Source: Paraspadella gotoi | Taxonomy: Eukaryota > Animalia > Chaetognatha | Length of the DNA stretch: 64,000 bases | Assembly (NCBI GenBank): GCA_051294375.1 | Contig: CM119265.1 | Coordinates: 19,643,642-19,707,641, forward strand | Reading direction: 5' to 3' | Part shown: piece by piece, positions 12,170-24,772 of the stretch | Layout of the letters: every line of letters starts with the position of its first letter | Position numbering within the stretch: position 1 is the first letter of the stretch | Position numbers and translations under genes: made by a program | The notes under the pieces: model-generated | The model's database searches: none | Told to the model about the DNA's origin: nothing | Seen by the model: only the letters and a program-made list of their open reading frames with translations

Positions 12170-12526
12170 TCCCACTTCCCTCCCCAAAAGTCCCATTTAT
12201 TTTTCCAGAATCACCATAAAATCCCAGATTCAGGAAAACGGTTTTGACTGCGCGACAATTGTGGGACCGGAAACGCCATCCGTTAAAGAAAACGGTAGCG
12301 CCTGTCTCCAAAAATCATTCGGACGGACGTTGAGAGAGGAAGGGAGAAGTCGGGTGATCGGTTGAGTTGGTTCAGTCGGGTTCGTAGGGATGGGTTGGTT
12401 GGGTTGGTTCAGCTTGTTTCTTTGCATTGGCTGGTTTGGTTGGTTTATTTTTATGTGGTAGATTCGGCTGGTTGGGTTTGTTGATTGGTTCTTTGGCTTG
12501 TATATTCATTTTGATTTGTATAATTA

Positions 12527-12692
12527 TTTCATTCATTCATTCATTCATTCATTCATTCATTCATTCATTCATTCATTCATTCATTCATTCATTCATTCAT
12601 TCATTCATTCGTTCATTCATTCATTCATACATTCATTCATTCATTCATTCATTCATTCATACATACATACATTCATTCATTCATTCGTTCGT
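12527..12692. repeat. (CATT)n tetranucleotide microsatellite
   Basis: About 40 units with CATA/CGTT variants; source of the HSFI-repeat ORFs. Confidence 0.95.
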
Positions 12693-12916
12693 TCCCTTAA
12701 TTCATTTGTTGTTTTTTCAATGAAGACGCGTGCTCGGTCAAAGTTCAAGGGGCGTCAGGGTCAAAAGAGGATCGACGGTCTTCGTCGGGTTTGAAGGTCG
12801 CGAAGGTCAAACGGAAACAGAAGCCGAGATTAACGGAAAAGGTCACCGCGAGAACTTGGACGGAGCGCTGACGTTATTTTTGTTTTTTATCGTTGGCAGC
12901 GCTTGGTCGAAGTTGG

Positions 12917-12974
<58 letters not shown>

Positions 12975-13377
12975 GAGGGCGTTAGTATTTTGGTTGTTGT
13001 TGTCATTGAACAAAGACGCTCGCGGCTGTTGTATAGAAAGCTCGAGGAATAAATTCAAATTATAGTCGTTGTTTTCGTCGTCGGGGTCGTCATCGTCGTA
13101 ATCGTCGTCGCAATGGTCGTCGTTGGCGTTGGTTTGACTCGTCTTCGTTGGTTTCGTCGTCTTTGACCAATTAATTTCTCAATAATCTTAATTTCTTATT
13201 AAAAATTCCTTTTTAATTCCTTATTAATCTTAATTCCTTATTAACAATTCCTATTTTGATCATTTTTGATGGCCACGTCCTTCGAACTGTCATCACATTC
13301 GCTTCCATATTGTCGCTGTCAGCCTTGTCGTATCCAGCCTTGTCGTTGACCGCACCTCATCGTCCTTTGCCCAATCT

Positions 13378-13460
<83 letters not shown>

Positions 13461-14332
13461 CTCTCTTCCCTTCGGCCCACGATTTCATTCAATCAATTAA
13501 TCGTCGTTGCAAAAAACAAAACAAAAACAGGAGTTCGAGACGGAAAATAAAGCTGGCGAGCGTGGGACGACGNNNNNNNNNNNNNNNNNNNNNNNNNNNN
13601 NNNNNNNNNNNNNNNNNNNNNNNNNNNNNNNNNNNNNNNNNNNNNNNNNNNNNNNNNNNNNNNNNNNNNNNNNNNNNNNNNNNNNNNNNNNNNNNNNNNN
13701 NNNNNNNNNNNNNNNNNNNNNNNNNNNNNNNNNNNNNNNNNNNNNNNNNNNNNNNNNNNNNNNNNNNNNNNNNNNNNNNNNNNNNNNNNNNNNNNNNNNN
13801 NNNNNNNNNNNNNNNNNNNNNNNNNNNNNNNNNNTACCCTTGATGTAATAAAAAACGATCCTCACGAAAAACAATCCCTTTTTTCAAATAAGACATATGT
13901 ATTTAAATAAAATGTACTATTTTGACAAAACTTTAATTTTTTTCCCACAAAAATAGTAAGAACAGTGAATTTCTAACCGGACACTGTTCATACAATCGGG
14001 ACAGTCAGTTAGTGAATGAAAAATTGGGAGAGACAGANNNNNNNNNNNNNNNNNNNNNNNNNNNNNNNNNNNNNNNNNNNNNNNNNNNNNNNNNNNNNNN
14101 NNNNNNNNNNNNNNNNNNNNNNNNNNNNNNNNNNNNNNNNNNNNNNNNNNNNNNNNNNNNNNNNNNNNNNNNNNNNNNNNNNNNNNNNNNNNNNNNNNNN
14201 NNNNNNNNNNNNNNNNNNNNNNNNNNNGAGATAAAGGCCGGAAAGAAAGGAAAACGGATCCCGGCGTCAGACCCAAACAAATCAGATTTCGTTGAAAGCA
14301 GAATCCATCTATCAATTTGCCAAGAGAGATAG

Positions 14333-14359
14333 AGAAAGAAAGAAAGAAAGAAAAAAATA

Positions 14360-14430
<71 letters not shown>
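14333..14430. repeat. (GAAA)n microsatellite
   Basis: Visible tetranucleotide run. Confidence 0.95.
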
Positions 14431-14433
<3 letters not shown>

Positions 14434-15280
14434 AAAAGAAAGGGAAAAATATATTGAAAAATTAATAAAGAAAGAAAGTAGGGAAGAAAAAGTAAGAAAT
14501 AAATAAAGATGAGAAAATTTTTTAAATAAATAGCTTCAAACAAAAAAAAAGGAAAATAAAAATAACGAACGAAAAAAAATGAAAAGATGTCAAATAGACA
14601 AAGATGAAAAAAACTGAGGAAAAAAGTAAAAAGAAAAAAAAACAACCTTGGCTTGGACAGACATTGAGAAGGAGAGAAGGAGACAAACTCCCACGAACAA
14701 AAAAGACTCGAGCTTCTTTTTTTTTATTTTCTTTCCGTCTTATCTTGTTTCTTTTCTTTTTATTCTATTTTTCTCTTTTCTCTTTCTTCTCTTTGCCTTT
14801 TCCTCCATCTCCACGACATTTCTGGCTGACGTTGTTTTCGCCAATGACGCCAACTTCGCTTTGTATCGTCGCCGTTTGGCGTCATCCACCATTGACGCTT
14901 TGTTTCAGTCTTATCGCCACGAGCCTCCGTCTACCGACATTCGTACCGACATTTTTGCTCTAAATTTATTGTGACTCTATCGCTTTCTTTCTCTCACTTT
15001 TCCGACCGTAACAATTTTTTTGCAACATTCACAGTTTGAGTTGCTCCCTTTCATTCACGGCTTAACCCGTTCTCCGAATATCTTTTCGTTAAACACGCAT
15101 TGTAAATATTAACCGCGTAAATATTAATCCTCCTTTCCCGCTTTTTACCACTCCTCAATTGCCACCTCACCTCTTCTGCCATTTCCCTTACCAATACCAC
15201 TCTCCCCCTTTTGTGTCTCCCGCGACACCTGTTCTTTTTACCACTCCTCAATTGCCACCTCCCCTCTTCTNNNNNNNNNN

Positions 15281-16270
15281 TTACCACTCTCCCCCTTTTA
15301 TGTCTCGCGCGACACCTGTTCTTTGTCTTCGTCAAGTTGAATCAGTTATGGTTGAGAAGCGACGACGACGACAACGACGACGACAACGACGACGACGATT
15401 GGTGGCTTCCCATGCGAAATTTTTTTTTCTGCTGTAATCCTCTGATGCCGAAAACCGACACATCATTTTCCAGTGGACAGATGGCCGGTGAAACTTAAGA
15501 ACCGACACCGACAAGCAGACGACCAGATGCGATGACAGAAGCGACTCGATGAGCGACTGTGACATGGCGACGCACGAGGACAGTGATGCACCGAGGACAG
15601 TAGGAGATGACGAGAGGCAGAGCGAGAACAGATAGGAGACGAGCAGAACGAGAAGAGAGAAAAGGAGAGAGAGAGCGAGAGACGGAGAGAGAGACATCAC
15701 AGCACAAAAAAATACGCAAAAACATAATGTAAATTTTAAAGAGGACGCAAGAAAGAGAAGCAAAAGAGGAAGCAAGCACTTAAAGCAAACTTTACAGCGC
15801 AACAACACGACCGGGGATGAGAAGAAAAGAGAGCGAGAGAGAGAGAGAGGGAGAGAGAGAGAGGAAGAGAGAGAGAGAGACGAAGAGAGAAGGAGAGAGA
15901 GAGGAGGAGAGAGACAGAGACCAGTTGCGGGCAGTGAGGCATCGTCGCGCGTACTAATTCAATGTGGCACATTGAGCGATCGGAGATGACAGGCGAGGCG
16001 CTGGTCTGTGAGAATAAAAAAAAACTTAGTTGTTGGTTTTTTCCGAAATTGTATAGTTCAGAAACGTGACAAAAAAAACAATCCTGCATCTCTTTGGCAT
16101 CGTCTTGCGTTTGTGTCTCGTTGTCGTCGTCGTCGTTTCGTCGTCGTTTTGTCGTCGTCGTCGCCTTCTCAACCAAGTACTGATCAACTTGACGAAGACA
16201 AAAACAGGTGTACGGCGCGAGACATTAAAAAGGGCGGAGAGTGGTAAGGAGATGACAGAAGAGGGGAGGG
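15281..16270. repeat. Inverted duplication, arms ~15281-15400 and ~16120-16270, similarity decaying inward
   Basis: accactctccccc...tgtctcgcgcgacacctgttctttgtcttcgtcaagttgaatcagt...gttgagaagcgacgacg is mirrored by cgtcgtcgccttctcaac...ctgatcaacttgacgaagacaaaaacaggtgt...gcgagaca...ggagagtggt. Confidence 0.8.
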
Positions 16271-16564
16271 ATCTCTCTCNNNNNNNNNNNNNNNNNNNNN
16301 NNNNNNNNNNNNNNNNNNNNNNNNNNNNNNNNNNNNNNNNNNNNNNNNNNNNNNNNNNNNNNNNNNNNNNNNNNNNNNNNNNNNNNNNNNNNNNNNNNNN
16401 NNNNNNNNNNNNNNNNNNNNNNNNNNNNNNNNNNNNNNNNNNNNNNNNNNNNNNNNAAAAAAAAAAAGATGAACCAGGAACAAAAAAAAATATTAAGCGA
16501 AGAATCTTGGGCTTTGGGGACGAAGAAGGGAAATTCAGGGCCACGCTGTATTTGAGAAAACACA

Positions 16565-16660
<96 letters not shown>

Positions 16661-16662
16661 AA
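16565..16662. repeat. (GAAA)n microsatellite
   Basis: Visible perfect run. Confidence 0.95.
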
Positions 16663-18569
16663 ACACAAAGAAAACACGAAGAAGTACCCAATACCTCTGC
16701 TATAAAATATTAATCATTAACTCATGATAGCTGAGGGGATAAATGAGTAATGAATCAATTAAATAATATTCAATGGCGAATGAATAAATAATCAATGAAT
16801 CTTTATTTAAATAAGACAATCAATGAATGAATTAAATCCACAAATGTTTATACGGATTTCCACAAAGATCGAATCGAGATTCCACAAGAGTTTGTTCCTG
16901 ACAAGGAGATTCAGGGCCACACTGTATTTGACATAATTTTTATCATTTCTCATTTGGGTCGTTTTTTTTTCTAAATTTTTTTGACCACACAGAATGGATC
17001 GTTGAACTTTCGTTCGTAGCTGAAAACAAAATAAATACATATGAATAAGACGTTTAAAAATTTTACATATCATTTACACAATGTAGCTTACCCTGACGAA
17101 GGCTTTTTCCTCCTTTTCAATGACCCTTACCCAGTGCCCAATTCTACCTCTCCCAACATCCACTATGTTTGTCTCTCTCTCCACAAATCCAAATTTATTG
17201 TTTCTACTTTTTTCTTCAAATTTTTGTTTGCGTGTCTTTTGTTTTGTTTCGTGGCCTCGTCGTCGTCGTCGTCGTCGTTGTCGTTGTCGTTGTCGTCTAT
17301 GTTTATGCCTACGAGTCACGTTCGGCCCACGAAGGAATCTAATGAGTTTTCAAAGACAAAAACAAATATGGCTGCCACAAAGTTGAAGATCTTAGAAATG
17401 TATGTTAAATTCAGTTAGAGAAACACGACTGTCGCTGCTTTATCTCTCCTCTCTCTCTCCTCTCTCATCTTCTCTCTCCTTCTCTCTCTCTTCTCTCTCT
17501 CTCTCTCTCGTTCTCTCTCCTCTCTCCTCACTCACTGGCACCGCCTCAACCCTATTTCCGTGCGCGTTTTAGCGCCAGGATCGTAATTCCATTTTCTTGC
17601 AAGCGAAAATCCAAGGATTGCCGAGCAAGACAAAACTTAATTACGTGCTCAAACTGAAAAACAAAAATCCGGAGTTTTCCTTCTCTCTTTTTCGAGAATC
17701 AGTAAGGACACAGAGAGAGAGATAAAGATAGAAAAAACAAAGGAGCAGAGTAGAGAGAACGAGCAGAGACGAGAAGAGATAGAGGGGGAGAGAAGCAGGA
17801 GAGAAGAGGGAGTGAGCAGAGCGGGTTCAGGTACATAATTTTTGGTGTGTAAGAGTTCGCATGTTGCTTCCGGATCCCATGATCAATCACGAAAAATGAG
17901 TATCATCAACTGTAAGCATAGATTGAGATTAGTATTTGGTCAGGTTTTATGTCTCGTTCACTATGTTTTATAATTAGGACAAGATCTTCCTTTCCCGATT
18001 TTTTTGGGGTTATTTATCGCTTTCCGTTCCTTTTCTTTTTCTGCAATTCACAGCGACCATCTGATCCCAGATTCACGGTGGCCGTTTGCATGATGGCGAT
18101 TCGGCCATGGCGCCGGCGTCTGTTGTATGGTCATCGGGCAATCCAAAATGTCGCACTGACGTATTTCTATAAAAGGCAGAAACATGAAAGGATGTAAAAA
18201 TAGCATGGCAGTTTATTTTTGACACTGCAATGTGAAGAATCAACAGGGGGAATTTTCCACCTAGTAAGACCATATCTTTTCGCCCTCACTTACCCAATAC
18301 AGAACCCATATATTCGATTCGATTTGTATTTTTTAACTTCAGCCCTGACTTTGACAGGGATTCTGTCAAATTTTAACCGGCGTTTTCACGCTGACATTTA
18401 TTCAAGTTTTCAACCTCAGAAGAAATCGAATTTTTTTCTTGAAGGCGAAGCAGCCTTCGCAAAATCTTTTTCTGTGACATTTTTCCCCCGATGAGGTATT
18501 TCCGCCGGTTTTGCCAGGACCTGTGACTTCTAACCGTATTGTATAGAATTCAACTTCTATGAGGTTTTT

Positions 18570-18805
18570 AGTCACCTCCAACGACGATTTTTAATGCCAC
18601 TTTGCCACTTCCTCGACGGGTTTCTTGCCAGCTGCACCACCGCTATGGCCATCAATCCTCTCTGTACCATTGCCACCTCAGTAACAGCTCTTCGACGTCA
18701 TTTTCACCATTGCCACATTCTCAATGAGTTTTGCACCATCTTCCCGGTGGGATTTCCGCCATTCTCGCGTCTCAACGAGTTTCCGCCATCGCCATATCCT
18801 CGGTG
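18570..18805 (+). repeat. Degenerate ~30-bp minisatellite (ccattgccacNtcctcaacgagtttt consensus)
   Basis: Recurrent cca(t/c)tgccac ... ctcaa(c/t)gagttt motifs at roughly 30-bp spacing. Confidence 0.55.
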
Positions 18806-18934
18806 GTTCCGTTTTGCATTTATTTTCGTCCAACGAGATTCAGCTGCGGAGAAATTTTCGATTCATGAATTCCTAAATTTCGTTTTCTAACATAAACAAG
18901 GAACGGTTATCCAAAGGTGTTGCGCCGAATTACT

Positions 18935-19178
18935 TTTCTTTTTATTTATCAATATCATATCATTTATTCCTTATAGTTTATGAGAATTCTTTAAAAACAA
19001 AATGCGGTGACAGTAGTCGCTTATATTTGATTTTTAAAAAAATGAGCAACAAACTATAGGCAAGTGAGAAGCGTTTTTAATGTAAGTGGGACAGACCGAT
19101 GGACAGACATACTGATGGACCGACCGACGGACAGACATACCGAAAAGTGACTTATAGAGTTGCTCCGCGAGTACTCGC
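18935..19178 (-). mobile_element. HINE/DINE-1-like non-autonomous Helentron-type element, end-truncated copy
   Basis: Paralogous to 52335-52577 (ccttatagttt...aatgagcaac.aactata...gtaagtgg...ccgaccgac...ccgaaaagt.acttata.agttgctccgcga.tactcgc) with substitution-type divergence; internal GACR/GACC tetramer repeats. Confidence 0.6.
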
Positions 19179-20549
19179 CGTTTGCGTTTCCTCATCCATC
19201 CCGATTTGCCAGCATTTGGACGACGGAAGTCCAAATTCCGGAAATTCCCGTTTTGTTGATGGCCGTCTCGTCTCGTCTTCTCTCCCGTTCTCTCGGGGCG
19301 TGGGGGGGAGGACCCTTAAGACCCACTCTCCCCGGCGACCACGTTGGTTTCATCAGACACCATCTCCGAAGTACCACGTAGCTACGTGCCAACGGCCACC
19401 CTATTTTGCGAGGCGATGTCCCTCCCCTGACTCCTATACGAGATCCTGCCGCCTCAGGCTTTCCTAAGTAAACTAACGGCGTTGATAAAAGGGAGCCGGT
19501 TGGTTGGAAGCGGAAGATCGAATACCGAAACGGATTTCAGGGTACGAAAATCGTTTCCTTGGCGACCAAGATATACGTGACGTCGTCGGGGTAGTCGACT
19601 CGAAGCGGGAATATTCGTTACCATGGAGATGAGGACGCATCGAGACGATTTGGCGTGTGAGTCGAAACATTGGAAAAAAGAAGGAGGCCGATCCGCGTCG
19701 TCGTTTCCCGGTTTCGAATTCGGCACTTCGGAGTTTTTCTATTTTTTTTTAGTTGCGCGCGACGNNNNNNNNNNNNNNNNNNNNNNNNNNNNNNNNNNNN
19801 NNNNNNNNNNNNNNNNNNNNNNNNNNNNNNNNNNNNNNNNNNNNNNNNNNNNNCATTTTCTTTTCTTTCGCGTTGGCGGTCCTTTGCGAGTCCAAGCGTT
19901 CTCTGCTATTTTGGTGGCGCGGGTGCCACGTGAGGCTGTAAAACCAGTAAACACAGTTTTGGCCCACCGGGGGAAGAGAGAAGAGGCGGTGACAGGGAAG
20001 TAAGTCAGTTTGACAATTGCGGTCTGTTGGTCCGTTGGTTCGTCCGAGGATCAATCTGACCATTAAAAGACCGATTAAGTTCAAACATTATAGAAAAGGG
20101 AACTTTTTCCATCAATTTAACCACAGAATCTATCTCAGCCATCACCACTATTTCCAGCACCACCAACCAGTCTGTGCTCATCCCGCTGTCTCGCCCTCAA
20201 CTTCGTTTCTTCTCTCGATTATAAAATAAATTAAAAAAAAAAANNNNNNNNNNNNNNNNNNNNNNNNNNNNNNNNNNNNNNNNNNNNNNNNNNNNNNNNN
20301 NNNNNNNNNNNNNNNNNNNNNNNNNNNNNNNNNNNNNNNNNNNNNNNNNNNNNNNNNNNNNNNNNNNNNNNNNNNNNNNNNNNNNNNNNNNNNNNNNNNN
20401 NNNNNNNNNNNNNNNNNNNNNNNNNNNNNNNNNNNNNNNNNNNNNNNNNNNNNNNNNNNNNNNNNNNNTTTCTCTCTCTCTCTCTCTGCCCAGAGTGACG
20501 AAAGGGAATTCGTTTTGACCGGACGTTTTGCCACCTGGCTTTGTTTGAA

Positions 20550-20580
<31 letters not shown>

Positions 20581-20820
20581 CGTCGTCGCTTTCCACTCCG
20601 CGGGAGGAGAAAGAATGAGGTGAATCGTAGCGAACATGAGCCGAGTTTTTTTCCGTGAGAAGACTTCACGAGTGGAAGGGAAGGAGGGGGGAGCTATTAG
20701 GATCACAATACTTAAATAAACACATAATGAAAGAAAATAAAGATTATTCTTGATTCTAATTAACCGATTTATCTGAATCGAACATCAAAACTTCGTCAAA
20801 GACTTTTCTAAATAAATGAA

Positions 20821-21151
20821 ATGAAATTGGTACAACCAATATAAAAATTATCCCTTCATTTAATAAATAAGCTAGATCTCGCCTCTGACTTTGGACAGGC
20901 TTTGGTGGTTTAAGGCCTCCATCACTCTTACAAGATAATGACATAGCAAGTCCATTCAAGCTTTCAATCAAGACTCTCTCACAGTCTCATTTATTCACTC
21001 CCAAAGTACCTGGCTTCCCTATCAATGAAGTGGAAAATATTTCAAAGAATGTTTCAATTGTATGAAAAGACCACTCCCTTAAGTATTAGATCGGGGAATA
21101 CTTATTGTACTCCGCACCGTTTAAGGCCTCCTCTTACAAGATAATGACATA
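20821..21151 (+). repeat. Dispersed diverged copy of the 325-bp unit of 7659-7998
   Basis: atgaaattggtacaaccaatataaaaattatcc...tactccgcac (to ~21116) with true substitutions (gcaggtccctgcaag vs gcaagtccattcaag), then a re-start fragment gtttaaggcctcc-tcttacaagataatgacata. Confidence 0.9.
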
Positions 21152-21322
21152 ATTTGTTAAAAATCAAGGAAAGGATGACTTTGAACATTCGCCGCTTTGG
21201 TCGTCGTCATCATCGTCGTCGTCGTAGTCGTCATTTTAAAAGTCGGTGTCAATATTCCAATCTTTTTGACGGAAGTCTCGCGTTTCCTTAAAAATAAAAG
21301 CGTCTACACGAGAAAGTTAGCT

Positions 21323-21358
<36 letters not shown>

Positions 21359-21935
21359 NNNNNNNNNNNNNNNNNNNNNNNNNNNNNNNNNNNNNNNNNN
21401 NNNNNNNNNNNNNNNNNNNNNNNNNNNNNNNNNNNNNNNNNNNNNNNNNNNNNNNNNNNNNNNNNNNNNNNNNNNNNNNNNNNNNNNNNNNNNNNNNNNN
21501 NNNNNNNNNNNNNNNNNNNNNNNNNNNNNNNNNNNNNNNNNNNNNNNNNNNNNNNNNNNNNNNNNNNNAAGACAATGAAAAAAGAAAAGGAATCGGCTTT
21601 AAAGATTCCATTCCCGGGTTTATCTCTCGTGTCAGGCGCCGGCGCCAACAGGATTCCTTCTACATCCGGGGTTTAGAAATCCTTCCCGAATCCTACATCC
21701 CCACGTCTTCTTTATATTTTCGGCGACATCCCTTTGGGCGAAGTGCCACCCAGTTACATCCCTTTTGTTTGCCCTCCCACCCGCCGCCGCCCCCCTTCTC
21801 CACAGGACAGGCGTCCTCGCATGTTTTTCCTGTTTTTTGGTCGTTGTTCTTTTTTTTCTCCAGTTTTTGACCTTCGATCCTGCATGTCATCTAGAAGCTA
21901 TGAAATCTCTGAGACTGTCTGTCTCTGTCTGGCTT

Positions 21936-21971
<36 letters not shown>

Positions 21972-22359
21972 NNNNNNNNNNNNNNNNNNNNNNNNNNNNN
22001 NNNNNNNNNNNNNNNNNNNNNNNNNNNNNNNNNNNNNNNNNNNNNNNNNNNNNNNNNNNNNNNNNNNNNNNNNNNNNNNNNNNNNNNNNNNNNNNNNNNN
22101 NNNNNNNNNNNNNNNNNNNNNNNNNNNNNNNNNNNNNNNNNNNNNNNNNNNNNNNNNNNNNNNNNNNNNNNNNNNNNNNNNNNNNNNNNNNNNNNNNNNN
22201 NNNNNNNNNNNNNNNNNNNNNNNNNNNNNNTTCATGTTTTCCTTTTAAAACACTTTTTTCACTCACTTTCATTCTTCTCTCTGTTTTGGGTCCTTCCCCT
22301 TTTTTTTCATTTTTTTTTACATCGCTGGTTTTGTTTGGCTTTCAGTTTGAGAAGGCGAT

Positions 22360-22368
22360 AGAGAGAGA

Positions 22369-22456
<88 letters not shown>
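22360..22456. repeat. (AG)n microsatellite
   Basis: Visible run. Confidence 0.95.
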
Positions 22457-22459
<3 letters not shown>

Positions 22460-22929
22460 ACAAGGCACGCCCCTGCCCACCTCACAGATCCCCCTCCGCC
22501 GCCAGGGTGAGCGGGTTAGTCAACACCCATTTAGCGAACTCACCAACACTTCTTGTCCAAAGTCACTTCCGCGATTTCCTCCTCTTTTTCCTCTTCCTCC
22601 TCCTCCTCCTCCTTCCTCTTTTCTTCTCCGTTCGCCTCCGCCCCTCACAAAACTCGTTATCTTCCTTTCACTGTTTCTTCTTTTCTTCTTTTCTTTTCCT
22701 TTCCTCCATTTTCCTCCGTTTTTCTTTCTCTTCTTTTCTTTTCCTTTCCTCCATTTTCCTCCGTTTTTCTTTCTCTTTTTGTCTGCCTTCTTCGCCTGAT
22801 ATTTTTTTACTTCTCTCATTTTTTCCCTTTTTTTTTCCTTCTGCCTTCGTCGCCTTTCTCTCTCCGATTCCAGTCACCTGGCTCCACACATCCTTATCTC
22901 GTTTTAACCCTTCTTTCTTTTTTTCTCTC

Positions 22930-22939
22930 TTTCTTTTTC

Positions 22940-23031
<92 letters not shown>

Positions 23032-23040
23032 TCGTTTCTT
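22930..23040. repeat. (CTTT)n microsatellite
   Basis: Visible run. Confidence 0.95.
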
Positions 23041-23853
23041 TCTTTTTTTTCTAAAAATTTAATAACCGCTTCTACCTTCACTTTCTTCGCTGTTTTTCAA
23101 CGAATGACGTCATTTTCGTCCCACCTTCCTCCTCCTCCTCCTCCTCCTCCTCCTCCTCCTTACCCTCTCTATGACCTCTAACCTCTGACCCTTTTTCTCC
23201 TTCTCCTCCCATTTTCTACTTTTTCCTGTTTCTCTATTATCTCTTCCTTAAAAACTCCCTCTTCTTTTTCTTGGNNNNNNNNNNNNNNNNNNNNNNNNNN
23301 NNNNNNNNNNNNNNNNNNNNNNNNNNNNNNNNNNNNNNNNNNNNNNNNNNNNNNNNNNNNNNNNNNNNNNNNNNNNNNNNNNNNNNNNNNNNNNNNNNNN
23401 NNNNNNNNNNNNNNNNNNNNNNNNNNNNNNNNNNNNNNNNNNNNNNNNNNNNNNNNNNNNNNNNNNNNNNNNNNNNNNNNNNNNNNNNNNNNNNNNNNNN
23501 NNNNNNNNNNNNNNNNNNNNNNNNNNNNNNNNNNNNNNNNNNNNNNNNNNNNNNNNNNNNNNNNNNNNNNNNNNNNNNNNNNNNNNNNNNNNNNNNNNNN
23601 NNNNNNNNNNNNNNNNNNNNNNNNNNNNNNNNNNNNNNNNNNNNNNNNNNNNNNNNNNNNNNNNNNNNNNNNNNNNNNNNNNNNNNNNNNNNNNNNNNNN
23701 NNNNNNNNNNNNNNNNNNNNNNNNNNNNNNNNNNNNNNNNNNNNNNNNNNNNNNNNNNNNNNNNNNNNNNNNNNNNNNNNNNNNNNNNNNNNNNNNNNNN
23801 NNNNNNNNNNNNNNNNNNNNNNNNNNNNNNNNNNNNNNNNNNNNNNNNNNNNN

Positions 23854-24713
23854 CATATTCCTATACCCGACTCTCAACACCCTCTCCCTTTCGATCACCA
23901 CAATTTCTGTTTGGGAAAATGTTTCAAGTGATTTACCACAAGAGGCTTGAGTCGACCTTGGAAAAAAAAAAAGAGTGATGAGTGAGTGAGAGAGAGAGAG
24001 AGGAAAAAAATAAGAAAAAACTAACAAAAGAAGAGAAAAAAAATTCCGGAACTTACCAAGAATCTGTTATCCTTACCCCTGGCCAGGATTCTTTTGTTGC
24101 GTGTTACCTTCTTCTGGAGGGACGGACGAGCCAAGAATCGTGAGAGTGCGTTTATGTCGGTATTTGAGTGTGGAGTTGTGTGTGTGTGAGTGTGTTTGTG
24201 TGTGAGTGAGTGTATGTGTGTGTGTGTATGTGTGGAGGTAATAGAGAAAGAAAATGGGACAATATCATTGATTTAATTAAAACTAATATTGTACTAATAT
24301 TTCATGATAAAATAAGAAAACTAGCTTTCTTCAAACTCGTAAGGAATTATTATTTCTTTTATCTGGCAAGTCTGTGAGTTTTACAGTGTGAAGTATGAAC
24401 AATAAATAAACGCTGCCCATTGACAAACGCATTCTAACGATTATAAAAGCGCTCGGGGAACAATAACCCATTCGTGTGATCAAAATGTCTTTCGCCCGGT
24501 CAAAATCCTGAACAATTCCTTTCTAGAAGCCAATGAGTTTTTGCATTAATGACGTCGTTAGCTCTATCGAGCAACAACTGCTTTTGTTCTCTCAATTCTT
24601 TTTTTTTCAGTTTTTTTCTTTTACTTTCCTCTACTAATTTCTTTGCTTTTTTCTTTCGTGCCTTCTTTCGATTTTTTGGGTTTTTTTTATGTTTTTTTTC
24701 TTCTTTATTAATC

Positions 24714-24772
<59 letters not shown>

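Noticed and set aside
17074-17200. Minus-strand exon ending at AGG|GTAAGC near 17090 (also the donor near 29751)
   Set aside because: Good donors, but the upstream sequence is purine-rich with no credible acceptor, and the peptides are unrecognisable.
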